Of a stretch of 32,000 nt of DNA, positions 1 to 8,514 are shown piece after piece. The DNA comes from an uncultured archaeon. Lineage in GTDB: Archaea; Iainarchaeota; Iainarchaeia; Iainarchaeales; Iainarchaeaceae. Every line of letters begins with the position of its first letter. Position 1 is the first letter of the stretch. The stretch lies in contig CAZNZM010000002.1 in the NCBI GenBank assembly GCA_964577555.1, positions 119,987 to 151,986 on the forward strand. Direction: 5' to 3'. The notes beneath the pieces are model-generated. The model did not search any database. It saw only the letters and a list, made by a program, of their open reading frames with translations, and was not told the DNA's origin. A program made the translations under genes and the position numbers.

Positions 1-85
1 GGATTCTGATAATTCAGGAAGGCTTGAAATTGTTTCTGCAAGGCTTGAAGAAAAATGATTTTTTTTATGGTGTTTTTTTGTGTCT

Positions 86-1033
86 TTAAGTTTTGCATTC
101 ACCGTTGGTTGGTTGGCTGATTACTTTAATATTTGTAGCATATACTTCGGCATTTTCTGTTTCTATTCCTTTTTCTCTCCATTTTGAGGCGCATTCGTAT
201 CCGAATTCACAGCCTTCGCATTCATAATAGGTTTTGCATATTCCTTCTTCTAAAATTGTTTTTCCTTTTTTTGTTGCTGTGCATTTTGTGTTTGTTGATT
301 GTTCTACGAATATTTCTTTTTCCCATTCTGCAATTCCAGCGTCTTCAGAGTTTGCAATTATTTTAACAATGTAGTTGCCTGCTTTTGCCAGGATTATTTG
401 TCTTGCAATTGTGTATTTTTCATTAGGATTTATTTCGTTTATTTCTCCTAAAATATTCTGGGCTAGTATTTCTTTTTTTTCTTCACCTTCTTTTATTATA
501 AAATAAAACAATATTTCGTAATTTAATTTTGCCGCTGTTATTTTTCCGTTGTTTGCCAATTCAAAACTGAATTTTATTGTTTCTTTTTGTTTTGCATTGT
601 TTGGTATTATTACGTTTTGTATTTCTATGTTTGCAGGTTTGTCGCCAAAGTAAACCGTGCAGTCATCAATTATTTGCGTTCCTCCAAGTTTTAGGGGTTT
701 GCATCTGAAATGTGCCATTGTTGAAAAAGTGGTTTTTGCATTTATGTTTTTTGGCTCAATTTTTATTTTTTGGCCGCTGCATGTTTGAAAGTCTGAGCAT
801 TCAAATCTTATATTAATTATGGGTGTTTCCATATTTTTGGCTTTTAGCGAAAACCCTTCTTTGAAGTAAATTTCTTTTGAATATAATTTTCCAATATTGC
901 CGTGTGCTAAATCAATGCCTTTTTTTATTTCTTTTTCCGTTTCTGTATGTGGCATAATGAAAATGTTATAGATTATGAATATTATTGTCGCTGTTGCAAT
1001 CCCGTAAATAAGTAATTTTAGCGGCGAATCCAT
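86..1033 (-). CDS. N-terminally membrane-anchored exported protein with CARDB/Ig-like character and a Cys-rich C-terminus
   Basis: 315-aa ORF with N-terminal hydrophobic segment (LLIYGIATATIIFIIYNIF), beta-rich middle and C-terminal cluster of Cys (CKTYYECEGCEFGYEC). Confidence 0.75.
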   Translation of the reverse strand: MDSPLKLLIYGIATATIIFIIYNIFIMPHTETEKEIKKGIDLAHGNIGKLYSKEIYFKEGFSLKAKNMETPIINIRFECSDFQTCSGQKIKIEPKNINAKTTFSTMAHFRCKPLKLGGTQIIDDCTVYFGDKPANIEIQNVIIPNNAKQKETIKFSFELANNGKITAAKLNYEILFYFIIKEGEEKKEILAQNILGEINEINPNEKYTIARQIILAKAGNYIVKIIANSEDAGIAEWEKEIFVEQSTNTKCTATKKGKTILEEGICKTYYECEGCEFGYECASKWREKGIETENAEVYATNIKVISQPTNGECKT

Positions 1034-1275
1034 TTTGGTTTCCTTCTTTCAGGTTTAAGCACTTCCCTGACTTCCCATTTCCAAAGGGTTTCTATGATGA
1101 ATGTAATTCCGAATGTTATAATGATTATTGTTATGATTGTTCCGTAGTCTCCGACAAAAAACAAGTATCCTTGTTCTTTTTGAGCCCATAGTTTGAATAG
1201 TAAAATGAAAAATATAGTCATTAGAAAGCCAAGTGTTAATTTCACTGCTTTTTCTATGAGAATTAATATTTGCAT
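1018..1275 (-). CDS. small membrane protein
   Basis: 85-aa ORF with two hydrophobic segments, overlapping the start of the downstream ORF by 16 nt. Confidence 0.55.
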   Translation of the reverse strand: MQILILIEKAVKLTLGFLMTIFFILLFKLWAQKEQGYLFFVGDYGTIITIIIITFGITFIIETLWKWEVREVLKPERRKPKWIRR

Positions 1276-1289
1276 ATATAAATTTTATT

Positions 1290-1840
1290 TTTTGGTATTT
1301 AAAAGTCGTTTGTTTAAGTTTTTTATGGGTTTTTTTTTGCTTTTTTTGTTATTTTTTTTAGCCATTATTTTTAGAGGGTTTTTTTTGGGGTTGTTTTTTT
1401 AATTTTGTTTTTTTTGTCTTTGTTTTTTTTGTTGTTTGCTTTTTAAGTCAATTTATTTTTTAGATGTTTTTTTAATCATTTTTTTGGGTATTTTTTTTAT
1501 TTTTTTTAATTGTTTTTTTTGGCGAGCCGTTTTTTTTGTTATTTTTTTTTGTTTGTTTTTGCAAGCCTTTTTTTTGTTTTTTTTGTGGCTTGGTTTTTTT
1601 TGTTTGAAATTTTGTTTTTTTGCAAGCCAATTTTTTTTGTCATTTTTTTTTGAATTATTTTTTTGTTTTTTTTTGTTGTTTTTTTTGTCGAGCCAATTTT
1701 TTTGTTATTATTTTTTTTGTTTTTTTTAATTGAATTTTGTTTTTTTGTAAGTCATTTTTTTCTTATTTTTTTTGGTTGTTTTTTTTGTGTTTTTGTTTTT
1801 GTGAGCCGTTTTTTTTAGTATTTTTTTTATTGTTTTGGCT
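1290..1840. repeat. Low-complexity T-tract intergenic array with recurrent (G)YRAGCCR motifs
   Basis: Direct reading: T6-T10 runs punctuated by ggcgagccg (1521), gcaagcc (1561), gcaagccaa (1622), tcgagccaa (1688), gtaagtca (1747), gtgagccg (1801). Confidence 0.7.
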
Positions 1841-3693
1841 TATTGGTTTTCTTCTTCCATTATATTGGTTTTTGTTTGCTTGTTGTACATTTCTATTATT
1901 TCTTTTACTGTTGTGCTTTCTTCTGGTTTTTTTTCTCTGAATTTTATCATTCTTGGAAATCTCAAAGCGTATCCTTGCCCTGTTTTGTCCATTCCACAAG
2001 TGTGTAATGGGCTTCTTGTGATTTCATCAGCCCTTACTTCTATGACTTGGTTTGGCAGAACCCAGGCATCTGGTTCTATTTTGGAGTCAACTCTTGCTGG
2101 TTTTTCTTTTTTTGAGATTTTTTCCAGTTTTTGTTTGAGTTCTTTGAGCATTTCTTCGCTCATTCCACTCCCTATTTTGCAAATTGATTTGAATGAGTCT
2201 GTTTCTTCATCATATACTGCTGTCAAAAGTCCGCCAAGCCCGAATTCTGTTCTTTTTCCTTTTCCTTTAAAATAGCCTATTATTGTAACATCAACCGAAT
2301 CGGATAGTTCTCCTTTGTAGCTTCTTTTTAGTTTTATCCATGCGAATTTTCTGGCTCCTGCAATGTATGGTGCGTTTAAGTCTTTTGCAATTATTCCTTC
2401 AAGCCCGTTTTCAATGTTTTCAAGGAAGAATTCTTCTATTTTTTTAGGGTCGTCGGTTATGATGCTTTTTGTTAGTTGTATGGTTTCTCCTTTTCCAATG
2501 ATTTTTGACAATAGTTCTCTGCGTTTGCTGAATTTTTCGTTCATTATGTTTTTACCGTCAATGTACATTGCATCAAATGCAAATACTTTTAATGGAAATT
2601 CTTCTGCCATTTTTCCAATTTCGTATTTTCTTTTTCTTTGCATTGTCACTTGAAATGGAAAGTATTGTTGCGTTTCTTCATTGTATGCTAATGCTTCGCC
2701 TTCAAATATTGCTGATTTTGCTTTGATTTGTTCTTTTATTGCTTCTACTATTTCAGGAAACATTTCTGTCATGTTTTCAGATTGCCTTGAAAAAATTACT
2801 ACTTTGTCCTGGTCTTTGTGGCATTGCAGTCTTAATCCGTCGTATTTTGCTTCAACAGCACATTTTCCTATTTTGTTTATGATTTCTTCTGATGAAGGGA
2901 GTCTTTCTGCAAGAGTTGGCCTTATTGGAGTTCCAGGCTGTATATTGATTTCTTCTAGCCCTTTGAGGCCTTTTTCTTTTAGTTTTTTTGCTATTTCTCC
3001 CAAGTCTGAAAATATGTTGTATTTTTCTTCTATGTATTGCCTTAATTTTTGTTTTGCCTTTCTTTCAAATTCCTCTTTTCTTTTTTCGTCTTTTTTTTCT
3101 TTTAATTCTGATTCTATTTCGTTTTTCGTTTTTTCGTTTTTTAGGAATTCGTCAAGATAATTTATTGCCAGAGAATCCATTATTGTTGGGTCTCCAATAC
3201 CTAATCTTAGATTTCCCAATGGTAATCTTGCAATGTATTTTGCTTCTATGGGGGTTGCGCTGTTTAGGAGCTCTGCAAATGTTCTTAGTTTTATTTCTTG
3301 GCTTCCTTTTCCTTCCGTTTCTGCGATTTTCACTAGGTTTGAGAAAACTTTGTTTGGTGTGAGTTTTTCTGTGAAAAAAGATTTTTGTTTTCTTGTTTTT
3401 GCAAGTTTTTCTGCAACGCTTCCAAGGTCGCCCATTTCTTTGTAGAGTTTTGTTATTTCTTCTCTTGTGAATCCTGTTGCGTTTGCTATTCCTTGTTCTA
3501 ATAAACCTTCGCCTATTCCAGATTCAAGGCTTGCGTGTTTTGGGCCTAAAGCACCTTGTGAGAAATATACTATTTGTTTTGCTTCGTTTTCGTTAGCTTT
3601 TGCAATTAGTTCTGCCAATATTTTTGTCATTTCAATTCTTGAATTTGTGTTTTCTATTTTATTGAATTGTTCTGCGATTTCCAAAAAAAGCAT
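1840..3693 (-). CDS. lig: ATP-dependent DNA ligase
   Basis: 617 aa with nucleotidyltransferase motif I (CAVEAKYDGLRLQ), RQSENMTEMFPEI, AFDAMYIDGKN, GLEGIIAKDLNAPYIAGARKFAWIKLKRSY; archaeal/eukaryal ligase architecture. Confidence 0.95.
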   Translation of the reverse strand: MLFLEIAEQFNKIENTNSRIEMTKILAELIAKANENEAKQIVYFSQGALGPKHASLESGIGEGLLEQGIANATGFTREEITKLYKEMGDLGSVAEKLAKTRKQKSFFTEKLTPNKVFSNLVKIAETEGKGSQEIKLRTFAELLNSATPIEAKYIARLPLGNLRLGIGDPTIMDSLAINYLDEFLKNEKTKNEIESELKEKKDEKRKEEFERKAKQKLRQYIEEKYNIFSDLGEIAKKLKEKGLKGLEEINIQPGTPIRPTLAERLPSSEEIINKIGKCAVEAKYDGLRLQCHKDQDKVVIFSRQSENMTEMFPEIVEAIKEQIKAKSAIFEGEALAYNEETQQYFPFQVTMQRKRKYEIGKMAEEFPLKVFAFDAMYIDGKNIMNEKFSKRRELLSKIIGKGETIQLTKSIITDDPKKIEEFFLENIENGLEGIIAKDLNAPYIAGARKFAWIKLKRSYKGELSDSVDVTIIGYFKGKGKRTEFGLGGLLTAVYDEETDSFKSICKIGSGMSEEMLKELKQKLEKISKKEKPARVDSKIEPDAWVLPNQVIEVRADEITRSPLHTCGMDKTGQGYALRFPRMIKFREKKPEESTTVKEIIEMYNKQTKTNIMEEENQ

Positions 3694-3771
3694 AAATGAT
3701 TTATATGCTGTGTTGAATTAAATTTAATGTTTTTGCAGGTTTTATGGTTTTATCGTTTTTTATAATTTTGT

Positions 3772-4155
3772 TTACACCCAAGAGAAAATTACTTTGTTTA
3801 TGTCCTTGTTTTTTATTAGGGTGTTTCGCATGTTTATTATTTCTTCTGATTTGCCATGTAAGATAAAATTGTCTATGCATTTGTTTTCGTTTATGCATGA
3901 ATGATTTTGCCCGATTATTATTTTGTTGAATTTGTGTTTTGTTTCAGAGATGAATTTTTCTGTTTTCCGCGGGTGTATTGTTGATATTGTTGCGTTAGCA
4001 ATTCCTTTTATGGAATTTTCTTTGTTGATTTTTTCAAGGGCTATATTTATTGCTGCTCTAATTGCTTCTGAGTTGTTTGCGTGGCCCATTGCATTTTTGA
4101 TTGTTTGAAGTGCATCTATATTTTTATCCCCTAAAGAAATGCTGATTATTTTCAT
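3772..4155 (-). CDS. NikR-like ribbon-helix-helix transcriptional regulator
   Basis: MKIISISLGDKNIDALQTIKNAMGHANNSEAIRAAINIAL = RHH fold; C-terminal part with His/Cys (GQNHSC...CIDNFILHGKSEEI) resembling the ACT-like metal-binding domain of NikR. Predicted start at the ATG at 4155 rather than the TTG at 4164. Confidence 0.7.
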   Translation of the reverse strand: MKIISISLGDKNIDALQTIKNAMGHANNSEAIRAAINIALEKINKENSIKGIANATISTIHPRKTEKFISETKHKFNKIIIGQNHSCINENKCIDNFILHGKSEEIINMRNTLIKNKDINKVIFSWV

Positions 4156-4185
4156 AAAAATCAAATGTTATTTTATTAACAATTA

Positions 4186-4215
4186 AATTTTTATTATTAA
4201 TTATTAATAAAATTT
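4186..4215. promoter_or_regulatory. Candidate operator: 30-bp AT-only imperfect palindrome (13/15 half-site match)
   Basis: AATTTTTATTATTAA|TTATTAATAAAATTT between the divergent RHH gene and the ZIP operon. Confidence 0.3.
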
Positions 4216-4242
4216 TCAAAAATTGTAATATTAGTGGTTTTT

Positions 4243-4404
4243 ATGGTTGAAGAGATTTTGCATTTTTTAGGCGGTTTTATTTTTGGTGCCGGGGTTTATC
4301 AATATTTTTTTGTAAAGCATGGCGAGAAGGCTAATTTGGTTTTTCTTTTTTTAGCGGGTTTTGTTGGTTGGGTTTTGGTTGAATTTTTTTTGCATGGAGG
4401 GTGA
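4243..4404 (+). CDS. 53-aa small membrane protein, first gene of the ZIP locus
   Basis: ORF below the 60-aa track cutoff: MVEEILHFLGGFIFGAGVYQYFFVKHGEKANLVFLFLAGFVGWVLVEFFLHGG; overlaps the start of the next ORF. Confidence 0.5.
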   Translation: MVEEILHFLGGFIFGAGVYQYFFVKHGEKANLVFLFLAGFVGWVLVEFFLHGG

Positions 4405-4678
4405 GGTGTTTTTGGTGTATTTTAAATTTTTTTTTATTTTTTTTGTGTTATTGAATTTTCCATTTGTTTATTCTCATGGTTTTCATGGGCCTGAAGGGGT
4501 TTCTTTTGAGAATTTGTTTTTTTTGTTGTCTTTTGGTTCTATAGGAATTGGACTTTATTCGTTGCATTCCGAAATTTCTGGTCATGAATTGAAGTTGCTT
4601 GAAATTGGAGCCGCTTTTTTTGGTGGTTATTATATTATTAGCATTTTTGTTTCTTGGTTAGTTGGGTTGTTTGGTTGA
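4394..4678 (+). CDS. small membrane protein with N-terminal signal/TM and His motif (SHGFHGPEG)
   Basis: Start MEGEVFLVYF at 4394, hydrophobic segments, ends 5 nt before the ZIP start. Confidence 0.6.
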   Translation: MEGEVFLVYFKFFFIFFVLLNFPFVYSHGFHGPEGVSFENLFFLLSFGSIGIGLYSLHSEISGHELKLLEIGAAFFGGYYIISIFVSWLVGLFG

Positions 4679-4683
4679 TTTTT

Positions 4684-5430
4684 ATGGATGTATGGTTTTT
4701 GGCTTTGTTGAGTACTTTGCTTGTCAGCATTGTTTCATTTGTTGGAATCGTTATTTTGATTATTAGCAAGAATCTTGTTGATAAACACATTTATTTTTTG
4801 GTGGCCTTGTCTGCTGGTGTTCTTTTAGGCGATGCTTTTTTTCATTTGATGCCTGAAGCTTTGGAGCAAGAAGGAGTAAAGGCTATTAGTGTTTCGCTTG
4901 ATGTGATTTCAGGTTTTATTTTTATGTTAGTATTTGAGCGTTTGATTCATTGGCATCATTGTCATGGGCATGAGCATGATTGTGAAAATTTGAAGTCTTT
5001 TGGGTATGTAAATTTGGCTGGTGATGCTATTCATAATTTTATTGACGGCATGCTTATTGCAGGAAGTTATTTGATTTCAGTTCAGGTGGGTGTTGCTACT
5101 ACTATTGCTGTAATTTTGCATGAGATTCCTCAAGAGCTTAGTGATTTCGGTGTTTTGCTTGCAGCAGGTTTTTCCAGGTTTAATGCTATTGTTTTCAATT
5201 TTATTTCTGCAATTTTTGCGGTTCTTGGCGCGGTTTTTGTTTTATTTTACAACAATCAAGTATCAAATATTGATGTTTTTCTTGCGGGTTTTGCTGCCGG
5301 TGGTTTTATTTATATTGGCGCTACTGATCTTTTGCCCGAATTGAGCAGGCGGAATAAAATTTCTTTGTTTTATATGAGTTCATTTGTAATTGGACTTCTT
5401 TTGATGTATTTTTTGCTTTTTTTAGAATAA
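4684..5430 (+). CDS. ZIP-family metal transporter
   Basis: SAGVLLGDAFFHLMPEAL, His-rich loop HWHHCHGHEHDC, GDAIHNFIDGMLI, ILHEIPQELSDFGVLLAAGF: hallmark ZIP TM4/TM5 motifs. Confidence 0.93.
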   Translation: MDVWFLALLSTLLVSIVSFVGIVILIISKNLVDKHIYFLVALSAGVLLGDAFFHLMPEALEQEGVKAISVSLDVISGFIFMLVFERLIHWHHCHGHEHDCENLKSFGYVNLAGDAIHNFIDGMLIAGSYLISVQVGVATTIAVILHEIPQELSDFGVLLAAGFSRFNAIVFNFISAIFAVLGAVFVLFYNNQVSNIDVFLAGFAAGGFIYIGATDLLPELSRRNKISLFYMSSFVIGLLLMYFLLFLE

Positions 5431-5612
5431 TGATTTTTTTTGTGTTTTTTTTGTAAATTTTTATTTTTTAATTTGAAAATAAATTGCTTTTTTTTTGTCT
5501 TTTGTCTTGGTTAGCCAGTTTTTGCAATTTTATTTTTCTTTTTTTATTTTTTTGTTTTGTTTGTTTACAGTTTATCTTTAAATAGTTGTCTTTGTATTTA
5601 ATTATTTTAAAT

Positions 5613-5744
5613 GGGGTTATGGTGTAGCCTGGTCTAGCATACAAGCTTTGGGTAATCCTTTTCTTAAAAGCAGGTTTTTTTTGGCTTGTTTGGAGCCGGG
5701 ATTAAAAATAGCTTGCGACGGGGGTTCAAATCCTCCTAACCCCA
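5613..5744 (+). tRNA. tRNA-Pro(TGG) with a 57-nt intron at 37/38 (intron 5653-5709)
   Basis: Acceptor GGGGTTA/TAACCCC, T-arm GGGGG-TTCAAAT-CCTCC, anticodon stem CAAGC/GCTTG, loop TTTGGG^...^A. BHB: bulge GG^T, helix AATCC(5654-5658)/GGATT(5699-5703), central helix TTTG/AAAA (3 AU pairs plus one mismatch). Confidence 0.9.
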
Positions 5745-6035
5745 TTTTGATCTTTTGTATTTTTTGTTAATTTTTGCTGGTTGGAAATGTGAGCATTTTA
5801 AAGTGCATATATGGGTTTTGTTTTTTTTATGTTGTTGTATAAAGTTTTTTTTGATTGTCTTAAATCAATGTTTTGTAAAGACAATACGAATAGGCAACCT
5901 TATGCGGTTGTGTCTGCAGAAACTTGTAACGGTGCAAACAATTGTCATTTTTTTTCGTATTTTTTTTGTGTTTGGCTTGTTTTGCGGTTGTTAGAGTTGT
6001 ATTAAAAAACTTGTTTTGGAAGATTGACTTATCAA

Positions 6036-6109
6036 GGGGCCGTAGTATAGCTTGGTTAGTACTTACGCTTGGGGTGCGTAAAACCTGAGTTCAAATCTCA
6101 GCGGCCCCA
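6036..6109 (+). tRNA. tRNA-Pro(GGG), intronless
   Basis: Acceptor GGGGCCG/CGGCCCC, D-stem GTAT/GTAC, anticodon arm TACGC-TTGGGGT-GCGTA, T-arm CTGAG-TTCAAAT-CTCAG. Confidence 0.92.
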
Positions 6110-6138
6110 GTTGTATTTTTTGTTTTTTGTGTCTTTTT

Positions 6139-6678
6139 TTATATAATTTGTCCTAACAAAATTAGCATCAGTATTCCTGTTGTGTTGAGTAAAAATGATA
6201 TTATTGTAAAAAGTTTGTCCGAAATTTTTGTTGTTGCCAATAATGCTACTCCAATTTCATCTGGCAATGGCGATGCTATGATTAATCCTGCCATTATTGG
6301 AATTATATATTCAATTGTCCATTTTGGGAGCATTTCTCTTGCTTGTGCAATTATGTTTTCTTTAGCCAATGCGTGTATTTCGTCGTGAAATGAATGTCTT
6401 ATTATTTTGAATATTATTAAGTCTCCTATAAAGGCTCCGATTCCTCCGAGAATGGCTGTAAGAAAGATGTTGTGGGTTTCTCCAATTATGAGGAATATTG
6501 CGGTGGCTATGGCGGCAGTAAAACCGTATGCTATGAGTATTCCCCCTATGAATGCGCCTGAATAGCCTATTTTTGAAATTGATTCCCTCAAGCCTGAAAA
6601 GTATTCTTGTGTAATTAAAAAATATGCTAATATAAAGGTGATTATTAATAGAAATAGTTTTGGGTATTTGAATTTCAT
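6139..6678 (-). CDS. DedA/VTT-like or SNARE-associated-like integral membrane protein
   Basis: 179 aa, several TM segments, GGIGAFIGDLIIFKIIRH and GLIIASPLPDEIGVALLA motifs. Confidence 0.65.
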   Translation of the reverse strand: MKFKYPKLFLLIITFILAYFLITQEYFSGLRESISKIGYSGAFIGGILIAYGFTAAIATAIFLIIGETHNIFLTAILGGIGAFIGDLIIFKIIRHSFHDEIHALAKENIIAQAREMLPKWTIEYIIPIMAGLIIASPLPDEIGVALLATTKISDKLFTIISFLLNTTGILMLILLGQII

Positions 6679-6968
6679 TAATTATTTGTTATGGGTATTT
6701 GTTATTAATTTTTTGTTTGTTTTTTTTGAACTTAGTCTAAAGTTGTTTTGTTTTTCTTTTTTTTGTTGTTTGTTTTGCAAGCCAAATCAGCATGTTTTTT
6801 TTATTTAAAATTCTGAATTTTTTTTGTTCTTTGTTTTGGCTAACTTATTTTTTTTGATTTTTTAAATCATTTTTTTAGATTAAATTTTATTTTTGCTTTT
6901 TATCGTCGTGATTTTTTTAAATTTATTTTTTTATTTTTTTCATGCGGTTTTTATTGAAAGAATTATTT

Positions 6969-7586
6969 TTAATTGTCTGTTTTTGTGTTGTCTTTTTGCG
7001 CTTTGTTTTTTTTCATGAATCCGATTATTTGCATTATTATTGTTATTGCCGCTATTGTTAATAGTGCGATTTCTGCTATGTTTAATCCTGTTTCAGAATT
7101 GGGGTTGATGCCGTTTGCTTTCATTACGAAATGCGCTAGGCTTAATATAAATGCAATATATACTAGTCTTTGGATTGTTTTCCAGTGTTTTCCAAGTTTT
7201 GCTACTGCCAAATTGTTTGATGTCAGAGTCATTATGGACAGAATTAGCATTGCTGGTATTGCTATTGCTAATTTGTAGTCTGTAATTATTTGGTTGAAGT
7301 CGTAGTCGTAATATTTTGTAATGACTATTAAATAATGTAGTGCTATGAATATGAATGCTGCTATTCCAATTGCTCTTCTTGGTTCTAATAATTGTGAAAA
7401 TTCTTTTGGGTTTATTACATAAAGCGGGCCTATTATTAAAGAGATGCACAGCAAGTAAAATCCGCTTAGTGCCAATGTTCTTGTCATTGTTATCATTGGC
7501 GATGGCACTTCGATTAACGAGTTGTAGTAGGATATTATGGCTATTCCTGTAAGTGTGATTAACCATAGTTGGCTTTGTCTGTTCAT
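6969..7586 (-). CDS. Ferric-reductase-like (MsrQ/YedZ-type) heme-binding membrane protein
   Basis: 205 aa multi-TM: TRTLALSGFYLLCISLIIGPL, LEPRRAIGIAAFIFIALHYLIVITKYY, LGKHWKTIQRLVYIAFILSLAHFVMKANG (conserved His positions of ferric-reductase TM domains). Confidence 0.8.
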   Translation of the reverse strand: MNRQSQLWLITLTGIAIISYYNSLIEVPSPMITMTRTLALSGFYLLCISLIIGPLYVINPKEFSQLLEPRRAIGIAAFIFIALHYLIVITKYYDYDFNQIITDYKLAIAIPAMLILSIMTLTSNNLAVAKLGKHWKTIQRLVYIAFILSLAHFVMKANGINPNSETGLNIAEIALLTIAAITIIMQIIGFMKKNKAQKDNTKTDN

Positions 7587-7609
7587 TGAATCACTTTTGT
7601 TTTTGTATT

Positions 7610-8509
7610 TTATGTGTATAAATTGGCTTTAAATCCGTTGCTAATATACATTTTGTTTGATTCCGAAATAAAAAGTATTTCTGCAGGTAGTTTTTTTGAA
7701 ATTCTTATTCCTTCTTCAAATCCTGCGCAAAAAATCCCTTTTGCATATGCGTCTGCTTCTATTCCTGTTTTTGCTGAGACAAATATTGCTTTGCATCCTT
7801 GTATTGGCATTTTTGTTTTTGGATTTATGAGGTGGTGGAATTCGTTTAGCCATTTTCTCTTGTTTGTAGCAGTTCCTGCTATTGCTGAATCATTTATTCC
7901 TATTTCTCCTATTGCTATTTTCGGGTTGTCCGGGTGTTCTAAAAGTATTTTCCATGTTTGTGTTTTGTTTTTGGCTTTTGCATAAATGTCTCCGCCTGCA
8001 TTGATGTAATAATGGTTGATTTCTTTTTTGTCAAGTAGGTTTGCTATTTTATCTATGGCGTGTCCTTTTCCCAAGCCGCCAAAATCTATTTCTTTTTTTA
8101 GCATTATTTTTTGTTCTTTTTCGTTGATTTTTATGGCTTCGTCAAAAGTCAATTTTGGCGTGTTTATTTCTTCTATAATTTTTTCAAATTTTGGTTTGAA
8201 AGAGTAGTCTTTGTCATAGCCTATGCTGTCAAGCGCGGATTTTATTGTAATATCAAAGTTTCCTTCTGTTTCTTCGTGAATTTTTTTTGCAAATTTGAGT
8301 AGTTCTATAAATTCTTTTGAAACTTTTTGCCACTTGCCGAGGTTTTTGTTTGCAATTGAAAGAGTGGATTTTTCGTCAAATCTGGAGTAGGTTTTTTCAA
8401 TTCTTTCGATTTCTGAAAAGCATTCGTGGAAATATTTGTGGTATTGGCTTGGCAATTTTATTTCTATTTTCGTGCCAAGCCCGTATTTTGTTTTTGATAT
8501 TATTTTCAT
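7610..8509 (-). CDS. apbE: ApbE family FAD:protein FMN transferase
   Basis: FSEIERIEKTYSRFDEKSTLS, DFGGLGKGHAIDKIANLL, YYINAGGDIYAKA, HHLINPKTKMPI, TGIEADAYAKGIFCAG. Confidence 0.93.
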   Translation of the reverse strand: MKIISKTKYGLGTKIEIKLPSQYHKYFHECFSEIERIEKTYSRFDEKSTLSIANKNLGKWQKVSKEFIELLKFAKKIHEETEGNFDITIKSALDSIGYDKDYSFKPKFEKIIEEINTPKLTFDEAIKINEKEQKIMLKKEIDFGGLGKGHAIDKIANLLDKKEINHYYINAGGDIYAKAKNKTQTWKILLEHPDNPKIAIGEIGINDSAIAGTATNKRKWLNEFHHLINPKTKMPIQGCKAIFVSAKTGIEADAYAKGIFCAGFEEGIRISKKLPAEILFISESNKMYISNGFKANLYT

Positions 8510-8514
8510 GTCAT

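Noticed and set aside
1290-1840. Spacer/repeat CRISPR or integron-like array in the AGCC/T-tract region
   Set aside because: Repeats are 7-9 nt and degenerate, spacers are themselves T-tracts and unequal in length.
1436-1999. Several F/L-rich or K/N-rich ORFs (1436..1729, 1737..1940, 1763..1999) in the T-rich array
   Set aside because: Translations are homopolymer artefacts with no domain features; 1763..1999 also overlaps the ligase end out of frame.
2363-3160. Plus-strand ORFs antisense to the ligase (2363..2653, 2681..3160)
   Set aside because: Shadow ORFs opposite a well-supported gene, Ser/Phe/Leu-rich translation typical of antisense frames.
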